32,000 bases of DNA from Longivirga aurantiaca (GTDB lineage Bacteria > Actinomycetota > Actinomycetes > S36-B12 > CAIYMF01), in assembly GCF_042660085.1 (NCBI RefSeq), contig NZ_JBHSTI010000002.1, positions 570,001 to 602,000 on the forward strand, read 5' to 3'. A program made the translations under genes and the position numbers. The notes under the pieces are model-generated. The model was not told where the DNA came from and ran no database searches. It worked only from the letters and a program-made list of their open reading frames with translations. This document shows, piece by piece, positions 15,208-23,055 of the stretch (its first letter is position 1; each line of letters opens with the position of its first letter).

Positions 15208-16611
15208 ATGACGCCGGACAGCCCTGTCCCCCCGCAGCAGCGGATGCACGTCAACGACGAGCGACTCGTCTCCCTCATCCTCGACTACGTGCGCGAACGG
15301 CTCTCGCTCGCCGAGACGCCGCTCGACCACCCCGGCGAGAAGGCCGCGATCGACGGGCTCCTCGACGGCCTGATCACGGCCGGAGGCACCGACCCCGCCG
15401 TGGTCATGGACCTCTACGAGCACCACCTGTCGCAGACGGTCCTGTCGGCCGACTCGCCGCGCTTCTTCGCCTTCATCCCCGCCGCGCCCACCAAGGCCGC
15501 GCTGCTGTTCGACATGGTCGTATCGGCCGCGTCCCTGCAGGGCATCTCGTGGCTCGAGGCGGCAGGCGCGGTCGCCGCCGAGAACCAGGCGCTGCGCTGG
15601 ATCTCCGACGCCGCCGGCCTGCCGGAGTCCGCCGGAGGCGCGTTCGTGTCGGGCGGCTCGGCCGGGAACCTGTCGGCGCTGGTCGTCGCACGCGACACCG
15701 CGCGCCGCCGCCTCGTCGAGCGCGACGGCGACCAGGCGCGCTACCGCCGCCTGCGCATCGCGGTGAGCGACCAGGCCCACTCCTCGATCAAGAACACGCT
15801 CTCGATCCTCGACGTCGACCCGTTCGTGATCCGGATGGCCGACCACCGCTTCACCGGCGACGCCCTGCGCGCCGCGCTGGACGCCGACACCGACCCCGAG
15901 TCGATCGTCGGTGTCGTGGCCACCTCCGGCACGACAAACGCCGGCATCGTCGACGACCTGCGCGGCATCGGAACGGTGGCGCGCGAGCGCGGCCTGTGGT
16001 TCCACGTCGACGGCGCGTACGGCGGCGCCGGGCTGTTCGCGCCGTCCGTCCGGGACCGCTACGACGGGATCGAGCTCGCCGACTCGTTCATCGTCGACCC
16101 GCACAAGTGGCTCTTCGCGCCGTTCGACTGCGCCGCGCTGATCTACCGCGAGCCCTGGCTCGCCAAGCGCGTGCACACGCAGGACGCGTCGTACCTCGAC
16201 GCGATCCACCACGACGACGGCTCCTACGAGTGGAACCCCACCGACTACGCGTACCACCTGACGCGTCGCGCGCGCGGCCTGCCGCTGTGGTTCTCGCTCG
16301 TCGTCAACGGCACGCAGGCGTACACCGACGCCATCGAGCACTCGATCACGCTCGCGCGCGAGACCGCCGCCGAGATCGATGCGGCAGAGCACCTCGAGCT
16401 GCTGCGCGAGCCGGGGCTGTCGGTCGTGCTCTTCCGGCGTACCGGCTGGACCGCCGCCGACTACGACGCGTGGGGCGACCGGCTGCTGGGGGCCCAGGTC
16501 GCGTTCATCACGAGCACCACGTGGGAGGGCGAGACGGTGGGGCGCTTCGCGTTCCTGCACCCCGGCACCACGATGGACATGGTGCGCGAGGTGCTGGCGA
16601 CCACCGCGTGA
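15208..16611 (+). CDS. PLP-dependent (group II-like) amino-acid decarboxylase
   Basis: About 467 aa. PLP-lysine motif SFIVDPHKWLFAPFDC; GGSAGNLSALVVAR; TSGTTNAGIVDDL. ATG 15208 has GGAAGG 7 nt upstream. An alternative ATG is at 15169. Confidence 0.8.
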   Translation: MTPDSPVPPQQRMHVNDERLVSLILDYVRERLSLAETPLDHPGEKAAIDGLLDGLITAGGTDPAVVMDLYEHHLSQTVLSADSPRFFAFIPAAPTKAALLFDMVVSAASLQGISWLEAAGAVAAENQALRWISDAAGLPESAGGAFVSGGSAGNLSALVVARDTARRRLVERDGDQARYRRLRIAVSDQAHSSIKNTLSILDVDPFVIRMADHRFTGDALRAALDADTDPESIVGVVATSGTTNAGIVDDLRGIGTVARERGLWFHVDGAYGGAGLFAPSVRDRYDGIELADSFIVDPHKWLFAPFDCAALIYREPWLAKRVHTQDASYLDAIHHDDGSYEWNPTDYAYHLTRRARGLPLWFSLVVNGTQAYTDAIEHSITLARETAAEIDAAEHLELLREPGLSVVLFRRTGWTAADYDAWGDRLLGAQVAFITSTTWEGETVGRFAFLHPGTTMDMVREVLATTA

Positions 16612-16645
16612 CACGCGATGCCGTGCGTCGAGGGATGATGGCGCG

Positions 16646-17251
16646 ATGAGCGGCTACGACCCGACCACCCTGCGCTCCTACCGCCTGGGCAACGGGCGTC
16701 TGCTGGCGTGGTCCGTGCTCGTGATCGTCGCCGTGCTCGCCGGGCAGGCGCTCATCGCGGGCGAGGGCACGGGCCGCTGGCTCGCCCTCACCGCGGCCGC
16801 GGGCATCGCCTGCGCGGCGTGGGTGCTCGGGATCCGCCCGGTCGTGCGCGAGCTGCCGACGGTGCTCGAGGTGCACAACCCGATCCGCACCTGGACCGTC
16901 ACCTGGAGCTCGATCACGAGGATCGACGCCGACGACGTCGTGCGGATCCATGCGGGCGACCAGATCGTGCGCTGCTTCGCGCTGCCCCGCAGGGACAAGC
17001 GCCCCATCGTCAGCGGTTTCGTCTCGGCGTTCGGGGGCCGGCCGCTGCCGGTCTCGGACACCGAGCCTGTGCGCTCGTCGGTGACGACCTACGACGTGAT
17101 CGAGGCGCTCGAGGACCGCGCGCACAGCCTGCGCGGCGGCAACGCCTCCGACGCTCCGCCGTCGTGGGACGTGGACCGCGCCGCTCTCGTGGTGTCGGCC
17201 GTGGGCGTCCTCAACGGAGTCGCGTGGCTGATGCTGATTCTGCTGGGATGA
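16646..17251 (+). CDS. membrane protein, possibly with a bacterial PH-like domain
   Basis: 201 aa from the ATG at 16646. Two N-terminal TM helices, a soluble segment (VLEVHNPIRTWTVTWSSITRIDADDVVRIHAGDQIVRCFALP) resembling bPH-type domains, and a C-terminal TM. The upstream part of ORF 16379..17251 overlaps the decarboxylase out of frame. Confidence 0.55.
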   Translation: MSGYDPTTLRSYRLGNGRLLAWSVLVIVAVLAGQALIAGEGTGRWLALTAAAGIACAAWVLGIRPVVRELPTVLEVHNPIRTWTVTWSSITRIDADDVVRIHAGDQIVRCFALPRRDKRPIVSGFVSAFGGRPLPVSDTEPVRSSVTTYDVIEALEDRAHSLRGGNASDAPPSWDVDRAALVVSAVGVLNGVAWLMLILLG

Positions 17252-17255
17252 CGGC

Positions 17256-17822
17256 ATGAGCCCTGCTGCCGACGTGCCCGGCGACGTCGTCCACCTCGAC
17301 CTCGAGGCCGAGATCAAGGCCACCGGATGGACGCGCACGGGTCTGCGGGTCGACCTGGTGCCCTGGGACGACACCCGCGTGGTGCGCGTCGAGTCGGAGT
17401 ACGACGCGTGGCCCGAGGACGAGCCGAAGGACCCGCCGCCGCCGCGCCTCGGACGGCTCATCATCGACCTCACCGATGCTGAGGGCACGCGCGCCTTCGC
17501 CGGCTACGTGTCGTGGCACCTCGTGACCTACGGCCCCAACCCCGGGTCGCACGCGTGGAACATGGGCATCGAGATCATCGAGTCAGCGCGAGGCCACGGG
17601 GTCGGCACCGTGGCGCAGCGGCTGCTCGCGCGATGGCTCCTCGCCACCACGCACGTCGAGCGCATCGAGGCCTCGACGGACGTCACCAACGTCGCCGAGC
17701 AGAAGTCGCTCGAGCGCGCGGGCTTCACCCGCGAGGGCGTCCTGCGCTCGGCCCAGAAGCGGGCCGACGGCCGGCACGACCTCTACGCCTACTCGCTGCT
17801 GGCCGGCGACCTCGAGCAGTGA
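17256..17822 (+). CDS. GNAT-family N-acetyltransferase (RimJ/RimL-like)
   Basis: 188 aa. ARGHGVGTVAQRLLARWLL...VERIEASTDVTNVAEQKSLERAGFTREGVLR is typical of this GNAT subgroup. Confidence 0.8.
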   Translation: MSPAADVPGDVVHLDLEAEIKATGWTRTGLRVDLVPWDDTRVVRVESEYDAWPEDEPKDPPPPRLGRLIIDLTDAEGTRAFAGYVSWHLVTYGPNPGSHAWNMGIEIIESARGHGVGTVAQRLLARWLLATTHVERIEASTDVTNVAEQKSLERAGFTREGVLRSAQKRADGRHDLYAYSLLAGDLEQ

Positions 17823-17825
17823 CCG

Positions 17826-17845
17826 TCCGCGCATTCCTGCGCGGA
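17826..17845 (+). terminator. short hairpin after the GNAT gene; candidate terminator
   Basis: TCCGCGCA (17826-17833) / TGCGCGGA (17838-17845), loop TTCC, 4 nt after the stop codon. No U-tract. Confidence 0.3.
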
Positions 17846-17907
17846 AGGTGACGATGCCGACGGCTGCCCGGTCACCGGGGAGCCAGTTCCGGGGTTAGCG
17901 TCGAGGC

Positions 17908-18831
17908 ATGAGAGCCATGGCCTACGACGCGTACGGATCCGACGACGTCCTCACCCTGCGCGACCTGCCCGAGCCGAAGGTGGGCCCGGGGGAGGTACGC
18001 ATCCGCGTGAAGCGCGCAGGCGTGAACCCCGTGGACTGGAAGGTCATGTCCGGCGGGCTCGACGGCCTGATGGACGCGGTCTTCCCCGTCGTCCCCGGTT
18101 GGGACGTCGCCGGCGTGGTCGAGACGGTCGGTATCGACACCCCGGAGTTCGAGGTGGGCGACGAGGTGGTCTCCTACGCGCGCAAGGACGTCGTGCACGG
18201 CGGGACCTTCGCCGAGCTCGTCACGATGAGCGTGCGCGGCGTCGCCCTCAAGCCCGCGGCGCTCACCTGGGACGAGGCCGGTGGCCTCCCGCTCACGGGA
18301 CTCACGGCGCTGCAGGCGCTCGACCGGCTCGTGGTCTCCGCCTCGGACACCGTGCTCGTGCACGGCGGTGCCGGCGGCGTCGGCTCGATGGCCGTTCAGA
18401 TCGCGAAAGCCCGTGGGGCACGGGTGATCGCGACGGCGTCTGACGCCAACCACGACTTCCTGTCGGAGCTCGGCGCCACTCCGGTGACGTACGGGCCGGG
18501 CTCCGTCGAGCGCATCCGCGCCGTGGCGCCGGACGGCGTCGACGTCGTGGTCGACTTCGTCGGTGGCGTCCGCGACGTGACCATGGCCGTCCTCGCGGAC
18601 GGCGGCCGGCACGCCTCCATCGCCGACCCGTCCGTCCTGGAGACCGGCGGCTCGTGGTTCTGGGTGCGCCCGTCGGCGGAGGGCCTGGCCGAGCTGGGCC
18701 GGATGGCCGACGCGGGCCAGCTGCACGTGCCGGTGGCCGACGTGCTGCCGCTCGAGGAGCTGGCGGCCGCGTTCGCGCGCAGCCGCGAGGGTCACGTGCG
18801 CGGCAAGCTCGTCATCGCGGTCTCCGACTGA
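17908..18831 (+). CDS. NADP-dependent quinone oxidoreductase / zinc-type alcohol dehydrogenase-like (MDR superfamily)
   Basis: 307 aa. GEVRIRVKRAGVNPVDWK, cofactor loop VLVHGGAGGVGSMAVQIAKARGARVIA, C-terminal GHVRGKLVI. Confidence 0.8.
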   Translation: MRAMAYDAYGSDDVLTLRDLPEPKVGPGEVRIRVKRAGVNPVDWKVMSGGLDGLMDAVFPVVPGWDVAGVVETVGIDTPEFEVGDEVVSYARKDVVHGGTFAELVTMSVRGVALKPAALTWDEAGGLPLTGLTALQALDRLVVSASDTVLVHGGAGGVGSMAVQIAKARGARVIATASDANHDFLSELGATPVTYGPGSVERIRAVAPDGVDVVVDFVGGVRDVTMAVLADGGRHASIADPSVLETGGSWFWVRPSAEGLAELGRMADAGQLHVPVADVLPLEELAAAFARSREGHVRGKLVIAVSD

Positions 18832-18837
18832 CGGCTC

Positions 18838-20502
18838 CTACAGGCCGAGGACCTCGGCCATGCCGTCCTTGAGGGCGGCGAGGCGGTGCTGGGCCACGAG
18901 CCGGGAAGCCTCGACGTCGCTCGTGACGGGCACGACCACCTCGAGGTAGCACTTGAGCTTGGGCTCGGTGCCGCTCGGGCGCACGATCACGCGCGTGCCC
19001 TGGGCGAGGTGCAGCCGCACGCCGTCGGTGGGAGGCAGCCCGCCTCCGCCGTCCTCGAGGTCGTCGAACCCCTCGACCTCGAGCCCGGCGACGTCGGTCG
19101 GACGGTTCGCGCGCAGCCGGGCCATCGCGTCGGCGATGAGCGACAGGTCGGACACGCGCACCGACAGCTGGTCGGTGGCGTGCAGGCCGTGCGCCACGGC
19201 GAGGTCGTCGAGCACGTCGTGCACCGTGCGGTCCTCGGCCTTCAGCGCGGCGACCATCTCGATGATGCGCAGCGCCGCGCTGACGCCGTCCTTGTCGGCG
19301 ACGTGGGCGGAGTCGACGCAGTAGCCGAGCGCCTCCTCGTAGCCGAACGCGAGGCCGGGGATGCGGCCGATCCACTTGAAGCCCGTGAGCGTCTCGTGGT
19401 GCTCGATGCCGTACGCCGCGGCCATCTTCGACAGCAGCGACGACGACACGATCGAGTTGGCGTACGGGCCGCCGGCGCCGCGCTCGTGCAGCCACCAGCC
19501 GAGCAGCCAGCCCACCTCGTCGCCGCGCAGCATGCGGTACGCCGGACCGCCGCCCGCGCCGCGGTCCTGCGTCGGGACGGCGACGGCGCAGCGGTCGGCG
19601 TCCGGGTCGTTCGCGATGACGACGTCGGCGTCGGCGTCGAGACCCTCCTCGATCGCGAGGTCCATCGCCCCCGGCTCCTCCGGGTTGGGGAAGGAGACGG
19701 TCGGGAAGTCGGGGTCGGGCGCGAACTGCGCGCGGACGACGCTCGGCGCCCGGAACCCGGCAGCGGCAAGGGCTTGCAGCATCACGTCGCCACCGACGCC
19801 GTGCATCGGCGTGTAGGCGATCGCGACGTCGCGCGGCGACGCCGGGCCGACCAGCGCTGCGACGTCGCGCAGGTAGGCGTCGAGCACCGAGTCGTCGAGG
19901 TGCTCCCAGCCGTCGCCGCGCGGGAGGTCGCGCACGTCGCCGACGGCGTCGATGCACGCGCTGATCTCGTGGTCGGCTGGCGGCACGATCTGGGTGCCGT
20001 CGCCGAGGTAGACCTTGTAGCCGTTGTCCTGCGGCGGGTTGTGGCTCGCGGTCACCATCACGCCGGCCGCGGCGCCCAGGTGCCGGATGGCGTACGCGAG
20101 GACGGGCGTCGGCAGCGGGCGCGGCAGCACGTACGCGTGCAGGCCCGCTCCCTCCATCACCTCCGCGGTGTCGCGCGCGAACGCGTCGGACTTGTGCCGT
20201 GCGTCGTACCCGACGACGACTGTGCCCCCGCCTCGCTCGACGAGGTACGCCGCGAGCCCGGCGGCCGCGCGCGAGACGACGGCGCGGTTCATGCGGTTGG
20301 GGCCGGGGCCGAGCGCGCCGCGCAGGCCGGCGGTGCCGAACTCGAGCCGCCCGTCGAACGCGTCGAGCAGCTCGGCGGCGGCGGCCTCGTCGCCGCTGCC
20401 CGCGGCGTCGAGCAGCACGTCGAGCGCGTGCCGGGTGTCGGGGTCGGGGTCCTCCGCGAGCCAGGCCCGGGCGCGGTCGACGAGTGTGGGCCCGGAGCTC
20501 AC
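18838..20502 (-). CDS. alpha-D-phosphohexomutase-family phosphosugar mutase (PmmB-like; plausible phosphopentomutase role)
   Basis: 554 aa from the GTG at 20502. Phosphoserine loop TASHNPPQDNGYKVY, FGTAGLRG, RPSGTEPKLK. GTGA overlap with the punA stop. The upstream part of ORF 18838..21378 is the punA region read out of frame. Confidence 0.85.
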   Translation of the reverse strand: MSSGPTLVDRARAWLAEDPDPDTRHALDVLLDAAGSGDEAAAAELLDAFDGRLEFGTAGLRGALGPGPNRMNRAVVSRAAAGLAAYLVERGGGTVVVGYDARHKSDAFARDTAEVMEGAGLHAYVLPRPLPTPVLAYAIRHLGAAAGVMVTASHNPPQDNGYKVYLGDGTQIVPPADHEISACIDAVGDVRDLPRGDGWEHLDDSVLDAYLRDVAALVGPASPRDVAIAYTPMHGVGGDVMLQALAAAGFRAPSVVRAQFAPDPDFPTVSFPNPEEPGAMDLAIEEGLDADADVVIANDPDADRCAVAVPTQDRGAGGGPAYRMLRGDEVGWLLGWWLHERGAGGPYANSIVSSSLLSKMAAAYGIEHHETLTGFKWIGRIPGLAFGYEEALGYCVDSAHVADKDGVSAALRIIEMVAALKAEDRTVHDVLDDLAVAHGLHATDQLSVRVSDLSLIADAMARLRANRPTDVAGLEVEGFDDLEDGGGGLPPTDGVRLHLAQGTRVIVRPSGTEPKLKCYLEVVVPVTSDVEASRLVAQHRLAALKDGMAEVLGL

Positions 20503-21317
20503 AGCGAGGCCACCACCTGGGCGAGGAGCCGGCCCATGCGCTCCGCGGCGGCCTTGCCCGCCTCGAGCACCTCCTCGTGGTTGAGGGGCTCGCCCGTCAT
20601 GCCCGCCGCGAGGTTGGTGACCAGGGAGATGCCGAGGATCTCCATGCCCGCCTCGCGGGCTGCGATGGCCTCGAGCGTGGTCGACATGCCCACGAGGTCG
20701 GCGCCGATGATCCCGGCCATGCGCACCTCGGCCGGGGTCTCGTACTGCGGCCCGCGGAACTGCGCGTAGACGCCCTCGGCGAGACCCGGCTCGATCTCCT
20801 TGCAGACGGCGCGCAGGCGGGAGGAGTAGAGGTCGGTGAGGTCGATGAACGTCGCCCCCCGCAACGGCGATGCGCCGGTGAGGTTGATGTGGTCGCTGAT
20901 GAGCACGGGCGTGCCCGGCGTCCACGCGGGGTTGAGGCCGCCGCAGCCGTTGGTGAGCACGATGACGCGGCATCCCGCGGCGGCCGCGGTGCGCACGCCG
21001 TGCGCGACGGCCTCGACGCCGAGGCCCTCGTAGAAGTGGTTGCGGCCGAGGAACACCAGCGCACGCGTGCCGCCGGCCTGCACGCTGCGGACCCGGCCGG
21101 CGTGGCCCTGCACGCCCGGGGCGGGGAAGTGCGGGAGATCTGTGATCGCGAAGTCGGCCACCGTCTCGCCGATGAGGTCGACCGCGGGCACCCAGCCGGA
21201 GCCGAGCACGAGCGCGACGTCGTGCGTCGGCGCACCGGTCAGGCGGGCGAGCTCGGCGGCGGCCTCCACGGCGGCGGCCTTGGGGTCGAGGTGCAGCAGA
21301 TCCTGGGTCTCGGTCAC
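20499..21317 (-). CDS. punA: purine nucleoside phosphorylase (trimeric PNP-I type)
   Basis: 272 aa. LGSGW, GRNHFYEG, VGMSTTLEAIAAR, LVTNLAAG. Confidence 0.9.
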   Translation of the reverse strand: MTETQDLLHLDPKAAAVEAAAELARLTGAPTHDVALVLGSGWVPAVDLIGETVADFAITDLPHFPAPGVQGHAGRVRSVQAGGTRALVFLGRNHFYEGLGVEAVAHGVRTAAAAGCRVIVLTNGCGGLNPAWTPGTPVLISDHINLTGASPLRGATFIDLTDLYSSRLRAVCKEIEPGLAEGVYAQFRGPQYETPAEVRMAGIIGADLVGMSTTLEAIAAREAGMEILGISLVTNLAAGMTGEPLNHEEVLEAGKAAAERMGRLLAQVVASL

Positions 21318-21393
21318 GATGCGACGCTACCCATTCCCCGCCGCCCGCCGCGCCCGAGAGCCGCGATTCGTCCGTCACCTTCGTCAGCAGGCC

Positions 21394-21423
21394 GGGTCGG
21401 GGACGGGGTCAGGGTCGGGTGGG
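21394..21423 (+). other. G-quadruplex-forming motif (six G3-4 tracts, loops of 1-3 nt)
   Basis: GGGTCGGGGACGGGGTCAGGGTCGGGTGGG read directly from the plus strand, with a further GGG at 21434-21436. It lies in the divergent region between punA (start 21317) and the membrane-protein gene. Confidence 0.5.
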
Positions 21424-21481
21424 TGACGCGGACGGGTGCGCCCTGATTCCCCGCGGGGCGCAGCGCCAGGACACTCGGCGC

Positions 21482-22507
21482 ATGAGTCAGGACCTGGGGG
21501 AGGCGCCGGCTGTGCCGCGGCCACGGCCGCGGCTGCGGCGCGGACGCTCGACGCTGTTCGTGCTGGCCCTCGGTGCGGTGTCGTGGGCGTGGTCCGAGGT
21601 CGGCTTCTGGGTCACCTTCCGCGCCGACGACTCGGGGCCCGGCTGGATCTTCACGTGGCTGGCGTACTCGCTGGTCGTCGGCGTGGTGCTGCGCGTCGCG
21701 CGGCGCTTCCCGGTGCGGGGGCTGCCGGGCCTGGTGCTCCTCGGGGCGCTCTACGGCTGGCTGGTCGAGGGCGTCGTCGCGTTCACGGTCTACCAGCAGC
21801 TCCCGTTCTCGCTGATCTGGACCGGAGTCGCGTGGCACGGGATGCTCACCGTCGTCGTCGGCTGGTGGCTGCTGCCGCGGATCCTGCGATCAGGCGGGTG
21901 GCGGGCGTGGGTGTCGAGCGCATTCATCGGGCTCGCCTGGGGCGCCTGGTCTGTCGGATGGTGGGGCGCGGCGCCCGACCAGGGCCAGGCGCCCGTCGTG
22001 CCGGACCTCCTCGGCTACGCCCAGTTCGTCGGCGTCGTGTCGGTGGCGGCTATCCTCGGCTACTACCTGGTGCAGCGGGTGCCCCTGCAGGGCGGCGACC
22101 TGCGCTCCCGCTGGGGCGCCATCGCCTCGCTGGCGGTGCTGGGTCTCTGGGGCGCCGTCATGGTGCTGCCCTCGCTGCCCTGGGCGCCGCTCGTCCTCGC
22201 ACCGCTCCTCGCGCTCGTGTGGTTCTCCCTGCGCCGCCTTGCGCGGCAGGACCCGCCCGAGGGCCGTACGGCGATCCCCGCGCAGTGGCCGTCCGGGGTC
22301 CCGGCCAAGAGCCTCGCGCCGCTCGTGCTCGTGCCTGTGTCGGCAATCGCGCTCTACGCGGCGCTCCTCCCGCTCGACGCCGGCGTACGGGGCGAGGGGC
22401 CGTTCTTCCTCGCCCTGCTGGCCTTCGTGATCGTCACGACCCTGGTCGGCGCAGTCGCCCTGACCTGGAGCCTCTGGCGCACCTGGCGCCCGCGCCGTCC
22501 CGCCTGA
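21482..22507 (+). CDS. Trp-rich polytopic membrane protein, function unknown
   Basis: About 341 aa with at least 8 predicted hydrophobic helices and many W residues (WAWSEVGFW, GWWLLP, AWGAWSVGWWG). ATG 21482 has AGGA about 10 nt upstream. An alternative GTG is at 21419. Confidence 0.65.
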   Translation: MSQDLGEAPAVPRPRPRLRRGRSTLFVLALGAVSWAWSEVGFWVTFRADDSGPGWIFTWLAYSLVVGVVLRVARRFPVRGLPGLVLLGALYGWLVEGVVAFTVYQQLPFSLIWTGVAWHGMLTVVVGWWLLPRILRSGGWRAWVSSAFIGLAWGAWSVGWWGAAPDQGQAPVVPDLLGYAQFVGVVSVAAILGYYLVQRVPLQGGDLRSRWGAIASLAVLGLWGAVMVLPSLPWAPLVLAPLLALVWFSLRRLARQDPPEGRTAIPAQWPSGVPAKSLAPLVLVPVSAIALYAALLPLDAGVRGEGPFFLALLAFVIVTTLVGAVALTWSLWRTWRPRRPA

Positions 22508-22511
22508 CCCG

Positions 22512-22551
22512 CCGAAATGCCAGAAACCGCAAGGGTTCTCTGGCACTTCGG
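22512..22551. terminator. long imperfect hairpin between convergent genes; candidate bidirectional terminator
   Basis: CCGAAATGCCAGAAACC (22512-22528) pairs with GGTTCTCTGGCACTTCGG (22534-22551): 16 bp, one mismatch, one bulge, loop GCAAG. It is the lowest-GC stretch locally. Confidence 0.5.
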
Positions 22552-22564
22552 TGCGTGAGACGAG

Positions 22565-23014
22565 TCAGCCGGTGCTCGTGCAGGGGCGGGTGCGGAGGTC
22601 GTGGACGTAGTCGTCGGGGGCGCCCGCGGCCTCGGCGGCGTCGGCGATGATCCCCAGGTAGCGCGCCGACGGCAGCCCGCCCTCGTAGTCGTCGAGCACG
22701 TAGAGCCAGGCGGTGACGTCGCCCTCGAGGGTCGCGATGCGCACGCGGATCTTGTCGTAGAGCCCGAGGTCGCTGCCCTCCCACTCGTCGAGCGCCGCCT
22801 CGTCGGCGGGGGAGAGGTCGTAGAGCGCGACGAAGACCTGGGTGCCCGGCTCCTCGACGAGAGTCGCGAGCGCACCCTCCCAGCCGAGCGACTCGCCGCC
22901 GAACGTGAGGCGCCAGCCCTGGAGCCAGCCGGTGCCCCGCGCGGGCGAGTGCGGGGCCCGCAGCAGCATCTGCAGCGGGTCCATGTTGCTGCCGTACGCG
23001 GCGTACAGGGTCAC
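22565..23014 (-). CDS. gamma-glutamylcyclotransferase (AIG2/GGCT-like) family protein
   Basis: 149 aa. The N-terminal LYAAYGSNMD motif and overall size fit the GGCT-like fold. Confidence 0.7.
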   Translation of the reverse strand: MTLYAAYGSNMDPLQMLLRAPHSPARGTGWLQGWRLTFGGESLGWEGALATLVEEPGTQVFVALYDLSPADEAALDEWEGSDLGLYDKIRVRIATLEGDVTAWLYVLDDYEGGLPSARYLGIIADAAEAAGAPDDYVHDLRTRPCTSTG

Positions 23015-23055
23015 ACGGTGAGAGTAGCCAAGCGACGTACGGAATGATGTGCGCC

